Source: Chrysemys picta bellii
Taxonomy: Eukaryota
NCBI RefSeq assembly: GCF_011386835.1
Contig: NC_088811.1
Location: forward strand, 2,356,001-2,420,000
Direction: 5' to 3'
Length of the DNA: 64,000 nt
Below, one piece after another: positions 12,101-25,402 of the stretch (its first letter is position 1; the number at the start of each line of letters is the position of its first letter). The notes beneath the pieces are model-generated. The model was not told the origin of the DNA and did not search any database. It saw only the letters and a list, made by a program, of their open reading frames with translations. The translations under genes were made by a program, and so were the position numbers.

Positions 12101-13959
12101 GAAATGCTCTTTTATTAGGCATAATGTCTCCTTTGATTTATAAGTTTTACCTTTTGATTGCTTCCGAAGAAAAAATAGTGTCCATCTTCAGAGAACATTT
12201 ATTTCTCTTTATAAATTGTGAATAGGTTGCAATTTGAAGAAGCAGGAACTGAATCTAGCTCTCAATATATTATTGAAGTCAATTAGCTTTTACAGTGTCT
12301 AATTATGGGCTGAAGAGCTTGCACTCAAAAGGTACTTTCAGGGTTTACTTGATTGTTTTATCAGAGTATTTAAACTTAATTGGATACTCCCTTTTCAAAA
12401 TATCATTTCCCTGTAAAACAGGGTGTGTGTGACAACTGTCAATATGCCTACATTTTAAAAACAAGCCATTTTAAAGTGGAGACCCCGAGCCAATCCTATC
12501 CCACTTATTCTGGTTTGCCACATACCATCCTGGAGCCAATGCACAATACCATTTGACATCAACAGGGATACAGTACCATTCAGGGACTGTAGGTTCCCTG
12601 TGACAATGAAGACCATGTGACCATTTATAGGACTAGTTCCTCTAGCTGGAAGCAGGAGCAGCGTCGTAAATCTCCACAGGCCTGTTAAGAGAAAGGGGGG
12701 GTATAGCACACACTGAACATTGGGGTGCACTAGCACTTCTGGGTGCTTGAAGCAATGTCCTAGCTCTGGAGGTAGCAGTTTCTCTTTGTGGGATTTATCT
12801 CCTGTTAGTGTCAGAATCAGACTGAGTTTCTATGGGGTGATATTAAACACTCAGTTGACCTCTTTCTCCTACATCTGCTCTTGCTATCAAACCTACTTAA
12901 ACAGATCAAGAGCCTCCAGCCCATTGATGAAATGGGACTGAGTGTCGTGTTTCTAACCATCGCGGGTCGAATCCTGGCACCATTGAAGGCAATGGGAGTT
13001 TTGCCACAGACACAGCGAGGCCAGGATTTCCCCCTAGATGTTGCCCGATGAATTTATTTTGCAGACTTTCTAACTCATTGGGCACCACGCGTTTGGACGT
13101 TCAGCTGAAACTCAAAGGTTGTTGGCTTTGCATTCTGAAATCAGTGGCACAACTCCAGCTTTACAAGTGAGATCAGATCCAGGCCGAAGCGTATTGTGCC
13201 ATTTCTATAATAAACACAGACATCAACTGCTTGTTTCTCAGCACAAAAAACATTCATGAATGATAGTGGAGCATTATGTCAAATCAATCCAATAAAATAG
13301 CCTGACATTAGTCTGCTACGAAGCACATTATCTATTAGAGCAGTTTATGTGGCAGAAAACTGGCACCGGGCTGGTTTCTGCGGATTGCTGGGTTTGGTTT
13401 AAAATCAGGAAAGCCCACAAAAGTCCAGGCTCTGGATTGGGTGGCAGCTCAATGTTGAGAACACTTGGCCTGACTGCCGTTTCTCCCCTTCCTAGTTTGC
13501 TTCTCTCTACCGCCATATTGCCACATAATCCCAGAAGAGCCCACGAACGGAGAGTCCACCTCTGGAGAGAGATGGGTGGGGGAAGGAATAGGCAGTTTCT
13601 ATACCAGACTAACCTTTCCCTGCTTTGGGGCTCATGTCGGGTGCACGGTTCTCAGCTGTCATTGCAACAGGACACAGATGACCTGATTTTAAAAGCTAAC
13701 GAGCCCTCACAATTCCCATGAACTTCAATAGGGACCAGGGATGGCCAATGCCTCTGACAACCAGGCCACGAGTCCCTGAATCTGAGGTCACAGAAGTATA
13801 GCTTCACTCATCTGACTTGAAGCAGACCTGGTTCACATGAACTCAATTTATTGTTCAAACTCTGCATTGTCTTTTGATTGCATTGCTGGGCTGCCAGGCT
13901 CCAGTCCCTGAGCACCCAGAGAGGGTAAGCACTTCACCCCAGAATAGCCCAAAAGTTAG

Positions 13960-14105
13960 GGCTCCTTCTTGCAAGGTGGGAGACTCTGGTTAAAGTCCCT
14001 CTAAGTTTCTTGGTCTGGTTTTGACCAGAAAATCCATCCTGGACCTAGGAAATGTTTCACTGAAACTGACACATTCCTGTGAAAAGTTTTGGTTTTGTCC
14101 AACTG
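13960..14105. mobile_element. Internal fragment of the same hAT MITE family as 29961-30470, opposite orientation
   Basis: GTGGGAGACTCTGGTTAAAGTCCC...TGGTTTTGACCAGAAAATCCATC...GAAACTGACACATTCC matches the reverse complement of about 30020-30165 by eye. Confidence 0.5.
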
Positions 14106-14122
14106 TTGCATCATGCCTGACA

Positions 14123-14252
14123 CCTAGACTGTAAGATCCCCTGGAGTGGGGACTATCTTCTTTGTTATTTGTCATCATTGCCTAGCAGCATGAGACCCCG
14201 GACTATGATTAGAGTTCCCAGGTGCTGCTGTCATATAAATAATAAATAATAA
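14123..14252 (+). mobile_element. L2/MIR-type 3' tail fragment
   Basis: CCTAGACTGTAAGATCCCCTGGAGTGGGGACTATCTTC...TGCCTAGCA...ATAAATAATAAATAATAAC. Confidence 0.55.
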
Positions 14253-15342
14253 CAAGTGCAAATCAGTGAAGTTCCACAGCCCAGAGTCTGAAAGTAAATT
14301 ACATTCCATGATGCTGTTGGGGGGAAGAGCGTGGAAAGATAACTAGCCTCACTAAGGAACTAAGCTGCTGTAAAGCCTGACTGTGGACAACCAACTCCAA
14401 GATCTAGTATGGGGCAGCAAGGAACTTGATGCTTAGGTTACAGAAAGACAGGTGTTGGTTTATGAAAAGTGTAATTACAATATGCCAAAGAAAGTCAGAG
14501 TGAATAGACAACATGCAGAGAAAACGAAATAATGAATTTGCCCATTACAAACTGTAGAGCATTTGTATCCATCAGGTAGCAAAATCCCCTTGATTTAGCT
14601 TCAGTTTTTAAGTGAGTATGTGTGACGAGGCCTTGTACTGGCCAGATACACCAGGGGGAATCCGACCCTCACTTAAAATCCTTGTGGACAAATAATCACT
14701 CAAAGTGTGTTCAGAGAAGTGAAATAAAAAGGTCTGCAAATACCATCGCTCTACAGCAGTGTTTTCATCTGAATGAATGTTCAGGACTATGGTACCGTTT
14801 TGCTCAAGCTCTGATCTCTAAATTCCAGCCTCCGTTTATGCCTCCAGTATGACAGCTTGACAATTGTCAAAGTCACGTGCAACTAGCTGAATGAATAAAT
14901 GTAGGCGAATTGGCAGTGAACATGGCTTTGATCTAGTTCTCCAGTGATTTACTGTATGTGGTATTGTTCCTCTCTACGTTGTGATTGAACACTGCTTGCA
15001 CCTTTCTTAATCTGTGTGAACTGAATTAAATGAAAATCTGATTCTGCCCAAATAGTGACTTATGGAAGATGATACTATAAAGATTGAATTTGAAGGAACA
15101 GCTACATATATGATACCCACAAGCTCTCTCATATGCACACAGTTTGCATGCTTGGAAGTTTGGAATTTTGGGTGGCTGATTACCTTTGCACACACATGCA
15201 GCCCTAATTTGTGGGCATGTATGAGGTATATAGACACTACAACTTAGATGCATAGAAACTGCACAGACTTTGCATGGGTCGCCAGCCAAAGTAAATGAAC
15301 TGCTGAGTTTTTTTCAAAATTTTACTCACTAGGGAGGGAGGC

Positions 15343-15517
15343 AGGGATAGCTCAGTGGCTTGAACATTAGCCTGCTAAATCCAGGGTTGTGAGTTCAGTC
15401 CTTGAGGGGGCCATTTAGGGAACTGGGGTAAAAATCTGTCTGGGGTCTGGTCTAGCTTTGAGCAGGGGGTTGGACTAGATGACCTGCTGAGGTCCCTTCC
15501 AACCTTGATATTCTATG
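15343..15517 (+). mobile_element. Tortoise-type PolIII SINE, second tail subfamily
   Basis: AGGGATAGCTCAGTGG A box and GAGTTCAGTCC B box. The tail TAGCTTTGAGCAGGGGGTTGGACTAGATGACCTGCTGAGGTCCCTTCCAACCTTGATATTCTATG matches the CR1 3' end at 17975-18039. Confidence 0.9.
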
Positions 15518-17269
15518 TTGCAGTGCTCTCTCATCAAAACTGAGCACACAACTTTAGCTCTACCTCATTGTGCATGTGCAGTACTATACACGCTTGAATT
15601 AAAAGTTTGCAATATTTTACAATAATTCTACAACTTTTGGTAAACATGTGTAGCCTCTTGGAGTATTATAAAAATTTAAATCTTCAGGTAGTGTCTAGTT
15701 TCTTGTCTATTTTTACATATTTTTTTCTCTGAAAATAAACATACTAGAAACCAGTCTGACCCCCGGAAGAGTAGGCACCAGTATGCATGGGGATGGGGGT
15801 GGTTAGAATTCAGATGGAAACTTGGGGAAAAAACAGAGAGGAAAATGTGTGCATCACATCAGTCTGGCAAACCGGCTTGGCGGGGCAGATAGCACTATGA
15901 AGATGACTTTTTTGCTTGGAAGTTTCTACACATGACTTTTTGCCAGCCAGGGAAGCTGACAATAGCCCTCCAGGCAAATCCCCAAATTCTCTTTCCTCAA
16001 AATGGAATTTGACCAGATATCTCTTCCCATGAAAAAATTCCATTGTTGACTTTTCATCGAAATTTGGGAAGGGATTTCCTTTTTCTTGCCAGCTTTAGTA
16101 GATTCCATTGCAACAGTCTAGGCAGGACAGACATCTGTACACAGGCAGGGAACAGACGTCTGTGAAGCGACTGTCTTCACATCTTGTGAGATGAGGGAGT
16201 AACAAGCGTTTAGTTACTATAGTGATGGCTGCTACAGAAAGGGCTAAGAAAGGTCGAGAGACAAGAAGGCTGTGGTGAGGTGACCCCCATGTAGGGCAAT
16301 CATCTGGACACTGAGCGGTGAGCGAGAACCGAGATAGCTGCAGATATTTACCCAGGCTTTACAGGGCTGAACACCAGGGCACTCGGTGTGTTATTCAAAA
16401 GAGAAGATGAACTCCTGCCATGAGAATGATCAGCCTGGAAAGGGGATGGATGCATTTTGCCAATGTCCATTGTCATCATTACAAGATTCCTCTGCTCACA
16501 GAGATCGTGGAGGAGAGGGGTGGTCCCCAGAACTGGGACACCTTAAGTGTAAGACAAACCATCTCTCAGAGCTGATAAAGATGAAAACAGCAGCAGCAAT
16601 GGAAGGCAAAGCTCTATACCATGCTCCCAAGGTGAGCTGCAAGGGCAACATGGCAGATAGTTTAGAACGAGGAAGCAGAAGAGAAGAATGACTAGAGATG
16701 GTCCCTGCAGAAGAATGCTTTCTGTTGCATTTAGTTTTCATATGAATGCAGTGATCTCCCTGCCAGGTCCCTGATCTTTCTCTTGCCTCTCGTTGGTATC
16801 CAAAGGGACATTCTTGCTGCTATCTGCGCTAGCATGAAATGCTGGCACTACATGCTTCATTTCCCAGTGCAGTCACTTGGCACTATCCGAAGGGTGGCAG
16901 CAAGGTAGCTGTGGTGTATGGTGCTTGGGGGAAAAAAGGTAGAAAATAGACCTGAGGACTTTCCTGTACCCTGTGACACTGCAGCCCGCCCAGACCAGGA
17001 GCACAGGACTAGAAGCCAAGGGTTCATGGCATATGCTGTCCTGAGGATTACTCTCCTTTGCAGCCATCTAAGGTAGCCATGAGAGCAACAAGCTAATAGG
17101 AATGAGTTACATTTACACTATCTCCATTCTTATCGTGACCAATGCCAAGGGCATGGACTCATGTTGCACTGTTCAGAGAGGCATGATCAAAAACCCATTG
17201 GCATCAATGGAGAGATTTCCATTGGCTTTGAAGAGTCTTTAGATCAGCCCTCAGACTCATTCTAGATTT

Positions 17270-18055
17270 GTCAGCAAGGACAAGTGCAGAGTCCTGCACT
17301 TAGGACGGAAGAATCCCATGCACTGCTACAGACTAGGGACCGAATGGCTAGGTAGCAGTTCTGCAGAAAAGGACCTAGGGATTACAGTGGATGAGAAGCT
17401 GGATATGAGTCAACAGTGTGCCCTTGTTGCCAAGAAGGCTAACAGCATATTGGACTGTATAAGTAGGGACATTGCAAGCAGATCGAGGGATGTGATCATT
17501 CCCCTCTATTCGACACTGGGGAGGCCTCATCTGGAGGACTGTGTCCAGTTTTGGGCCCCACACTACAAGAAGGATGTGGAAAAATTGGAAAGAGTCCAGT
17601 GGAGGGCAACAAAAATGATTAGGGGGCTGGAGCACATGACTTATGAGGAGAGGCTGAGGGAACTGGGATTGTTTAGCCTGCAGAAGAGAAGAATGAGGGG
17701 GGATTTGATAGCTGCTTTCAACTACCTGAAAGGGGTTCTAAAGAGGATGGATCTAGACTGTTCTCAGTGGTACCAGATGACAGAACAAGGAGTAATGGTC
17801 TCAAGTTGCAGTGGGGGAGGTTTAGGTTGGATATTAGGAAAAGCTTTTTCACTAGGAGGGTGGTGAAGCACTGGAATGGGTTACCTAGGGAGGTGGTGGA
17901 ATCTCCTTCCTTAGAGGTTTTTAAGGTCAGGCTTGACAAAGCCCTGGCTGGGATGATTTAGTTGGGGACTGGTCCTGCTTTGAGCAGGGGGTTGGACTAG
18001 ATGACCTCCTGAGGTCCCTTCCAACCCTGATATTCTATGATTCTATGATTCTATG
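17270..18055 (+). mobile_element. 5'-truncated CR1 LINE (ORF2 C-terminus, 3' UTR, (ATTCTATG)3 tail)
   Basis: ORFs 17318-17866 and 17767-17961 give CR1 ORF2 motifs ([66 protein letters not shown]). There is a 1-nt frameshift near 17731, a stop at 17959-17961 and an octamer tail repeat. Confidence 0.97.
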
Positions 18056-18157
18056 GTTAGAAACATGAGGTTTCAACATTCAATTGTTTCGTCTGCTCTT
18101 TAATGTTAAATTGGGGGATTTGGTCTTAATTGCCCAGCATGCTGCATAATGCCTGCC

Positions 18158-18295
18158 CAGGGCTGCTGGAACAATGCGTATAGCAGGGGAAGGAGGGCGC
18201 TGAGAGCCACTGAACCAAACTGTAAACCGTGCCTATGAGGGAACCTAGGGGTGCGGCAGCCCCCCCCCCCAGCACCCCTAGTTCCAGCATGTTGG
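18158..18295. mobile_element. hAT-type MITE
   Basis: 8-bp TSD TGCCTGCC (18150-18157 and 18296-18303). Ends are CAGGGCTGCTGGAAC and GTTCCAGCATGTTG. Same family as 61724-61860. Confidence 0.85.
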
Positions 18296-21200
18296 TGCCT
18301 GCCCTTTTGATAAGCATTGGATCTAGAGTCCTTGGGGCTGATCCTTCTCTACACGCTAGCCCCTTTCAAGTGGCCTGGCAGTGAAGATGGAACGTATGGG
18401 CTCTTACCGCCAGATAAGGTGAAAAAGGGCCGTAGCGTAAATGGGAATCTTCCTTATAAGGCACAAAGTGTGAAAGTGCGGAGAATAATGGTCAGTTCCA
18501 AATTTTCTGGTTCCCAGGACTTAAGTGGTTCATAATTAAGAACGTGTTACGGCAGAAGGCCTTAAGACAATGTTTTACCTTCTTGTTAAACCTGCTGTAC
18601 AGCTCAGCTTGGATTTCTCATAGCAATCAAATGCAACTCTTTCTTGAACTCTGAGTTCATTATCAATTAATCAACACATGTGCATGCACAGGCACACACA
18701 GAGTACATGCAGAGACAGTGACATTATGGATTTCTCAGGATCCAGTCTCTCCCTCAGGTGCTGGTACCCCTAAGAGCCCTGAAATGATTGGGCATTTGAT
18801 AATGGATGTGATAAAATAAATAGGAGAAAACAACTTTCTGAAAACTTAGTAAAACACCCTAATAATGTTGACAGCACCCAGCTGCAGGGTCGGGAACACA
18901 GGACTGGGGCAAAGGAGGGCTTTTCTCCTCCAAACGGGTTTTGGATGAATTGGGATCAGCATACAAACTTCCTTATGATTTGGTTCCATCAAGGAGCAGA
19001 TTGCCTCTGAACAACCAGGGCCCCGCTCTGTTGTAAAAAGGATAATTGGGGGGAGGAAGGGGGGAAATGCAGAGCCGGAGGCACAGCTGTCTTCAAATAG
19101 CATGTCTGTAGAAGAGAGGGCATGGGGGGACGCCGCCTTCCCCCGGGCAGGTGTATAGAGGCTGCTCAAGAGTGCTGGGGCACTGGAATGGACGCAGTAT
19201 GGAGTGGCACATGCGGGAAGTGGGGGACCTGGGCAAAGCCCCCACACTACACCTTGGACAGTGCCTGTGGAAGGACTGCAGGCTGAAACTTCTCAGGCAT
19301 TAGGTCTTAGGCCTAACCCTTTGCACCTTCTCCCCGATGCTTGAGCGTCTCTGTGCAGTGTGGGGTGTAGATTAGCACACTCCGTTGTTTCTCATGAGGT
19401 AGCAGTGGGTGTCTGAATACACTCTTTCCTGAACTCACACTCCCATGGCTCCCTGTTGGTTCTGCAGGAGCTTATGTGCAGCGAGCAAAGGCCATTTCTG
19501 AGTCAGGAGAGAGTAGCAGAAAAGCTGTCTTCTATCAAATGTCGTCTCTGGGGACAACCAACCATCTCCGCTGCTCCGCTCAGTGAGGGAAGCATCTCTT
19601 AGTTGTCAAGTTCCTTGTGTTTAATCACTATACAGGCTTCTTCTATAATGCCTGGAATGAAATTCCAGACCCTAGCTATGGGAATACTCTATAGAAGTCA
19701 ATAGGATAGCTTAAAAACAAATATCGAATGGACCACATTCACTATTCAATTCTATATGCTGTTAGAGTAATTTCTATAGATCACTGGTGGGTTTATTCCT
19801 GTTCAATTCAATAGGACTTTTATGTAAGGGTTATTTACATGGCAGTATATAGTTAAGGCCTCCTGGCACATGCACTCAAAATTGAAAACTTCTTTCCTGA
19901 AGAGTGAGACACAACTAATGCCTGACCATTGTGTTAAAAGGAGGTACACACAGGGACATAACATTCATGCACTGTCTTTTGGCTGTTGTCTTCTAATGGC
20001 CTCCAGATTCCAGACATGATCAGCCCAAATTTAACACTGTAAAAAAGCTGAGAAAATTATTCCCAACAAACAATAATGAATGGACAACGAATTTAGCTCA
20101 TTTCCTGCTTGCAGAAGGTCTGTGGGCAGATTGACAAGCACTGAATAATTTCTACTGCTACTAGCTGCACATGCAAATTTAAGCTTTGGTTGGTGCAACT
20201 CCTTGTGCATGCAATGTTGGCATTCACTCTCTGTGAACATTTCTGTGTGTAAAACTGATTGCTCAGATCTCATGGAAGGAAAACACTCAGGCAGCGTGAA
20301 AATTAAAAGGGAATTCGTACCGAGTAACCTTTGCAAAAGTGGGACTCTGGCGCCTAGGTTACTTTTGAAAACAATACCCGTAAGATTAAAATCAGTATGA
20401 ATGGAAATACTTTTTTGAAGGATTCACCTAGCTCTGTGCCATGCAGCTGATCTTCAGCAGGACCTGCCTTAGGGGCCCTCTTTGGCACGGGCTTCCTAAG
20501 AGCTCATCTCCGCTGGGCAGAAACGGGTACCTACACTAGCTATTAAAGTCCAATGAGCAGAGATAAGTGAAACATCTGCCTCGCTTATAGCTATGTGTGT
20601 CAGGCTGCCAGCATGCCTCCCCCGTGGAGCTTCCTGCTGATCCAGGAACTGCTCAAGCATATAATAAGCAGACTTCCAATGAGTTCAATCCTCCAGCTTT
20701 TGTTAATGTGCTTGCAAAATGTCTCTCTTCCTCCACCTTATGTGGTGTATTCATTTGGGGGTTTTGGCCTTGAGATAGTTGCTGGAGCGGCCACATATTT
20801 CCTGTGCTCTCACTGTCCTATTTTAATGCCGCAGCGATTAGGCAGGACTTTGGTAAGCAAGCATGCTGCTAAATTGCCAAACCAGAGCTATTAGAAACAC
20901 TGGGCCACTTTGTATGTGGCATTCCCAGAAGAACTGATCAGCCTTTCCTTTAGGCTTCATTCTCTAGAACTCAGTTAAGAAGCTGGGAAACAACACTTGT
21001 TTCTCCTCCCAGTGGGCAGCTTTTCCATTTGGCACAATGATTCCCTCATCACCCTCTGGTTTCAGAAGGCAGGTGGCTTCTTCTTAATGTTGTGCATCAA
21101 CAGCAAACGACGTCGTTAGGGCTCTGGGAATAGGGTGTTAGTTACCTCATTCTACATCAGCTCAGGAAAACGCTTTGACCAGTGTGTGCAGATAGGTAAA

Positions 21201-22816
21201 AGGGGACCATGATGGCATTTCCTATGTCGAGGGCCATTTGTGTACACTTTGCAGTATTCGGGCAGCTGGAGGGGGGGGACCCGCATTGGAAGCCTCTTGT
21301 ACGAGACAACATGTCCTCACTCCTTCCTCCTTACATCAGAATAGTTGTGTCTCCTTTCAGTCTGTGAAGAGGACAAAGGCATGCGTACATGGAGCCTGCT
21401 GAGGTCGAGTTCACTGGAGGAATCTGTCTCTCTTTTTCTCGCCTTCCTGCATTTGTTATTCGTGGTCATTAAGTTGCAGATCCTGCAGCTGTTTGGTGTG
21501 ACCCAGGTGCTTGGCTTGGCTTATACCTTTGGAACAGCTGTAAACTTCCCCCTGGGCATTTCACTGCCAATTCACGGAGCCTCTCCCACACTTTCAGCCA
21601 GTTCTGAACTGTGAAGGATTGTCCGTCCCTGGCTAGTACAGGAACATCAGAACAAAGATGAAAGCTCCACTTCTAGCAATCTCACTGTTCCCTGACACGC
21701 TTTGTATATAAACTTTGTGCTCAGAGGCTCCCGGAGAATGGCTATGGTTTGAGATGGAAGGGAAGAGGAACATGAATGAGGAAATGTCAGTTCTTACTGG
21801 TACAGGACCATTTTTTTCGAGATGCCACAAGTTAGCAGCAGGGTACATTTCAAAGTTGCAGCTAAACTTGTTCAATCTCAATCTGGTTGCAAAATCTATA
21901 TACATTGAATTTTAAAAGCATGCAGGACTGGCCTCTGGCATATGCACACTGCAGAAGTGTGGTTGTTGTTGTTGATCTTTTCCTTCCCATGTTCTTCCAC
22001 CCTTGCACACAGGGCATGGCACAATCTAGACCTCCATTAAACTCAGTCTCCACATAATCAGATGCTTCATCTGAATTGTTTTGATCAAGCAATATGGCTG
22101 GGAATTCCATGAGACTGTTAAAAATAACAGCCTAAAGGCACTAAATAATGAAGCAATGATGGCATCACATACTTCGTGTCCTGTTTGAACTTCTGCTGCT
22201 GGCGAGCACATGTAAAGATGTGCAATGTATCTTTTAAAATGAAAGTGAACTATACCTGTCCAAGCCTGAAAACTATGCTGTGGGAGGCTGAGGTACTGTT
22301 TTGGATGAAGCAAAGTTTAGGTCGCTTCTTATTGGTTCTAGATGGATTCACTCTGTTCCCCAACTACTTCTAGGCTTTGAGCAGTCAGGTGGATTTGCTG
22401 TTGACTTTTATTCTGGCCTGAGCAGATGGGGAGTCAGATGGAATTAAAAATGATTTTGGTTAAAAAGAAGCTGCTTATGAGAGTCTTAATAACATTTTGA
22501 AACATGTAGCTGAGTGATTTCGAGGGGAGACTGTCCCTGAGAGGCTCCTGTGACACTTTTCAAGAGCTGCACACAAGAAGCTATTGGCGGTACACAACAA
22601 GAAGGGTTATTGGTCCCACAAAACCTCGAGAGCTACACTGCACATTCCTCAGTGCCATCAACAAACACCTTATCTGTTGGCTGGCTATTTACATCTCTGC
22701 CTTATAGAGAACTCCTGGAACAACATCTGCAGATTGCTTCCAAGTTCCCCTTTTTTTAAACAGGGGAATAAGTAAGAAGCAAAACATAACAAAACAAACA
22801 AATGAATTCTAACTGA

Positions 22817-23245
22817 TTATTACCCTCATTTCACAGATGGGGAACTGTGGTCCAGAGAAATCAAGGGTATGTCTACACTGCCCACTGTGTTTCCAATCCC
22901 GTGTTTAAGCATCCACACTGCATTGTAAACCTGGACCTCGCAGTCTTTCACACTGTGCAGACAGCGGGTCCATGGCTTGACCTGCATACTGCAGAATGAC
23001 AGGGCTTGGAGCCAAGTCACAGAAGGGTCCTAGGTCCCATTCCCCTAGCTGGGTCCTAGGACCTAGGTGCTTGCTGACCCAAAGTGGGGCCATGGGCTCA
23101 AATCTGAGTCAGAGCTCAGGCTTAGCATAGACATACACCCAGTGACTTGTCCAAGGTCACACAGGGAGTCTGTAACAGAGGTGGGAAATGAACTCACATT
23201 TTCAGAGCCCCAGGCATGTATCAAAGCCACAAGGCTCTCTCTCCT
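22817..23245 (-). mobile_element. MIR-like CORE-SINE split by a MITE insertion
   Basis: CATTTCACAGATGGGGAACTGTGGTCCAGAGAAATCAA, then the insertion, then AGTGACTTGTCCAAGGTCACACAGGGAGTC. Confidence 0.75.
22865..23140. mobile_element. PIF/Harbinger-like MITE inserted in the MIR core
   Basis: Termini GGGTATGTCTACACTG and TAGCATAGACATACACCC form an imperfect inverted pair. Confidence 0.65.
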
Positions 23246-23613
23246 CTGATGGATAGGCTCCTGGAGGCCAATCAGAGAGGGGTGTTGTAGATTTGGACAG
23301 AAGGATCTCTGCTGCCATAAACTCCTGAATGGCATACAGCCTAGTGATACCCCGACGTCCCAGGAGGCCAACGATTTGTTCCAATGTATCGGGATGGATT
23401 CAGATCCAGTCCATTTTGTCCTCTCACTTACTGAACTGGAACATGATTTCTATTGGATTAGAGGCGGCTTGGCAAGGCTCCTGAAGCTTATGGTTTGCTC
23501 AGCATCACAGTTACATCTCAGAGCCTGAGTCTATAATTCTGGGAATGCACAGTAGTGTTGTCTCTACTTAGATAAGATAGCTGCTCCACAATGAACCTGG
23601 CAGACAATGCAAG

Positions 23614-23616
<3 letters not shown>

Positions 23617-23644
<28 letters not shown>
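23617..23644. repeat. (GT)14 microsatellite
   Basis: Directly visible. Confidence 0.95.
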
Positions 23645-23645
<1 letters not shown>

Positions 23646-23648
23646 GAT

Positions 23649-23959
23649 CAGGGTCAGCAACCTTTTAGAACTGGTGTGCCGAGTCTTTATTTATTCACTC
23701 TAATTTAAGGTTTCGTGTGCCAGTCATACATTTTAATGTTTTTAGAAGGTCTCTTTCTATAGGTCTATAATATATAACTAAACTATTGTTGTATATAAAG
23801 TAAACAAGGTTTTTTAAAATGTTTAAGAAGCTTCATTTAAAATTAAATTAAAATGCAGAGCACGCCGGACCGGTGGCCAGGACCCGGGCAGTGTGCGTGC
23901 CACTGAAAATCAGCTTGCGTGCTGCCTTCGGCACCCATGCCATAGGTTGCCTACCCCAT
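23649..23959. mobile_element. hAT-Charlie-like MITE
   Basis: TIR pair CAGGGTCAGCAACC and GGTTGCCTACCCC around an AT-rich interior. No direct TSD found. Confidence 0.7.
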
Positions 23960-24195
23960 ATTCACACTGAGACACACAATCTAATGTTAACAGCTATCAG
24001 CCACTCTTCTTGGTCTTTTGCCTTTCCAGAGTATGGGATGTCAGGGAAACTTCAACCCCAGCATTACACTCTATCCCTGTGGCCTGATCTGGTTTTCAAA
24101 GTGACCCTTTTTCACTGCTCTCTGGGACTGGGTCTACAATTAGTATTTTCTCTAAGAATTGTAGACAAATTGTCTCTGATAAAGTCACTTCTGAG

Positions 24196-24582
24196 TATTG
24201 CTGGCTGGAAATATTTTGACAAAAGATTTTTTAAATTGAAAATGCTGATTTATGAAACCCGAACTTCCCTGGAAGAACATGACAGTTTAAATGAATTTCC
24301 CATTTAGAAAAAAATTGAAAAAACAAAACAAAACAAAAAACATTGAAGATATCTAAACAGGGCATTTTCATATCTTTTTCAATGAAACATTTTGCTTTTT
24401 CAGTTCAAAAGGACTTTTTGTTTATAAATAAATAAAAAGGTCAAAACAAAATTTTTTTTGGAGATTTTTGGTTTGTGAAAAATTGTGAGATTTTGTCTTT
24501 TTTGTCCTGATTTGGGATGGAAAAAAAATGTCAAAGCTTTGAATTTATTCCAGGTCAGAAATCTGTATCCCAACCAGTTCTC
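24196..24582. mobile_element. AT-rich hAT-type MITE (TAGAGCTGGTTGG-like ends)
   Basis: Ends TATTGCTGGCTGGAA and CCCAACCAGTTCT resemble 29961-30470, with poly-A/T-rich interior. No TSD found. Confidence 0.45.
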
Positions 24583-25007
24583 CTGATTAGCAGAAGAAGC
24601 GATTGGTTTCAGATGGTCAGTCAGTTCTGTTACTGATTGATTAAAATGGCATAACCGGGTTCTTTTAAAAATGGTGGTCGTTCATTATTAGCAGAAAGTG
24701 TGCTAAGCTAGAATGAGATCTGGCCCTAGGACTGTGCCTTTCTATACGGACTCTGATTGATAGCCTCACGAGGGCTTGATTTTCTGACTTAATATCACAA
24801 TCAATCCACAGAGCAAAGACATTTTTTCACTACATTTGAATATTTGTAGCAGATGTTATCTGCTCGGGGGTATTCTGAGAGCACCAAAGGTGTGAAGCAT
24901 TGGGTCAACTGCTTGTTGAAAGCTGTGCACTCTGCTCTACTATCTAGATATTGGTCATGTCTGCCTTTCACCATTCCCAACTCGCTATTTATAGACACAA
25001 GTAATAT

Positions 25008-25402
25008 ACTCATAGACTTTAAGGCCAGAAGGGGCCATCATGATCATCTAGTCTGACCTCCTGCACATTGTAGGCCACAGAACCTCACCTGCCCACTCCT
25101 GTAATAGACCCCTCACGAGTTACTGAAGTCCTCAAATCATGGTTTAAAGCTTTCAAGTTACAGAGAATCCACCATTTTCACTAGTTTAAACCTGCAAGTG
25201 ACCCATGTCCTATGCTGCAGTGGAAGGTGAACCCCGCCCAGGGTCTCTGCCAATCTGATCCAGGGGGAAATTCCTTCCTGACCCCAAATATGGTGACCAG
25301 TTAGATCCTAAGCACATGGGAAAGACCCACCAGGCAGACACCTGGGAAAGAATTCTCTGTAGTCACTCAGAGCCCTCCCCATCTAGTGTCCCATCTCCAG
25401 TC
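25008..25402 (-). mobile_element. CR1 LINE 3' UTR fragment
   Basis: Starts ACTCATAGACTTTAAGGCCAGAAGGGGCCATCATGATCATCTAGTCTGACCTCC, closely matching the coding-confirmed CR1 at 55985-56557. Confidence 0.85.

Noticed and set aside
23641-23967. Apparently inverted flanks (GTGTGGAT and ATTCACAC) around the Charlie-like MITE
   Set aside because: It is only 8 bp, low complexity and adjacent to a (GT)n tract, so chance is sufficient.
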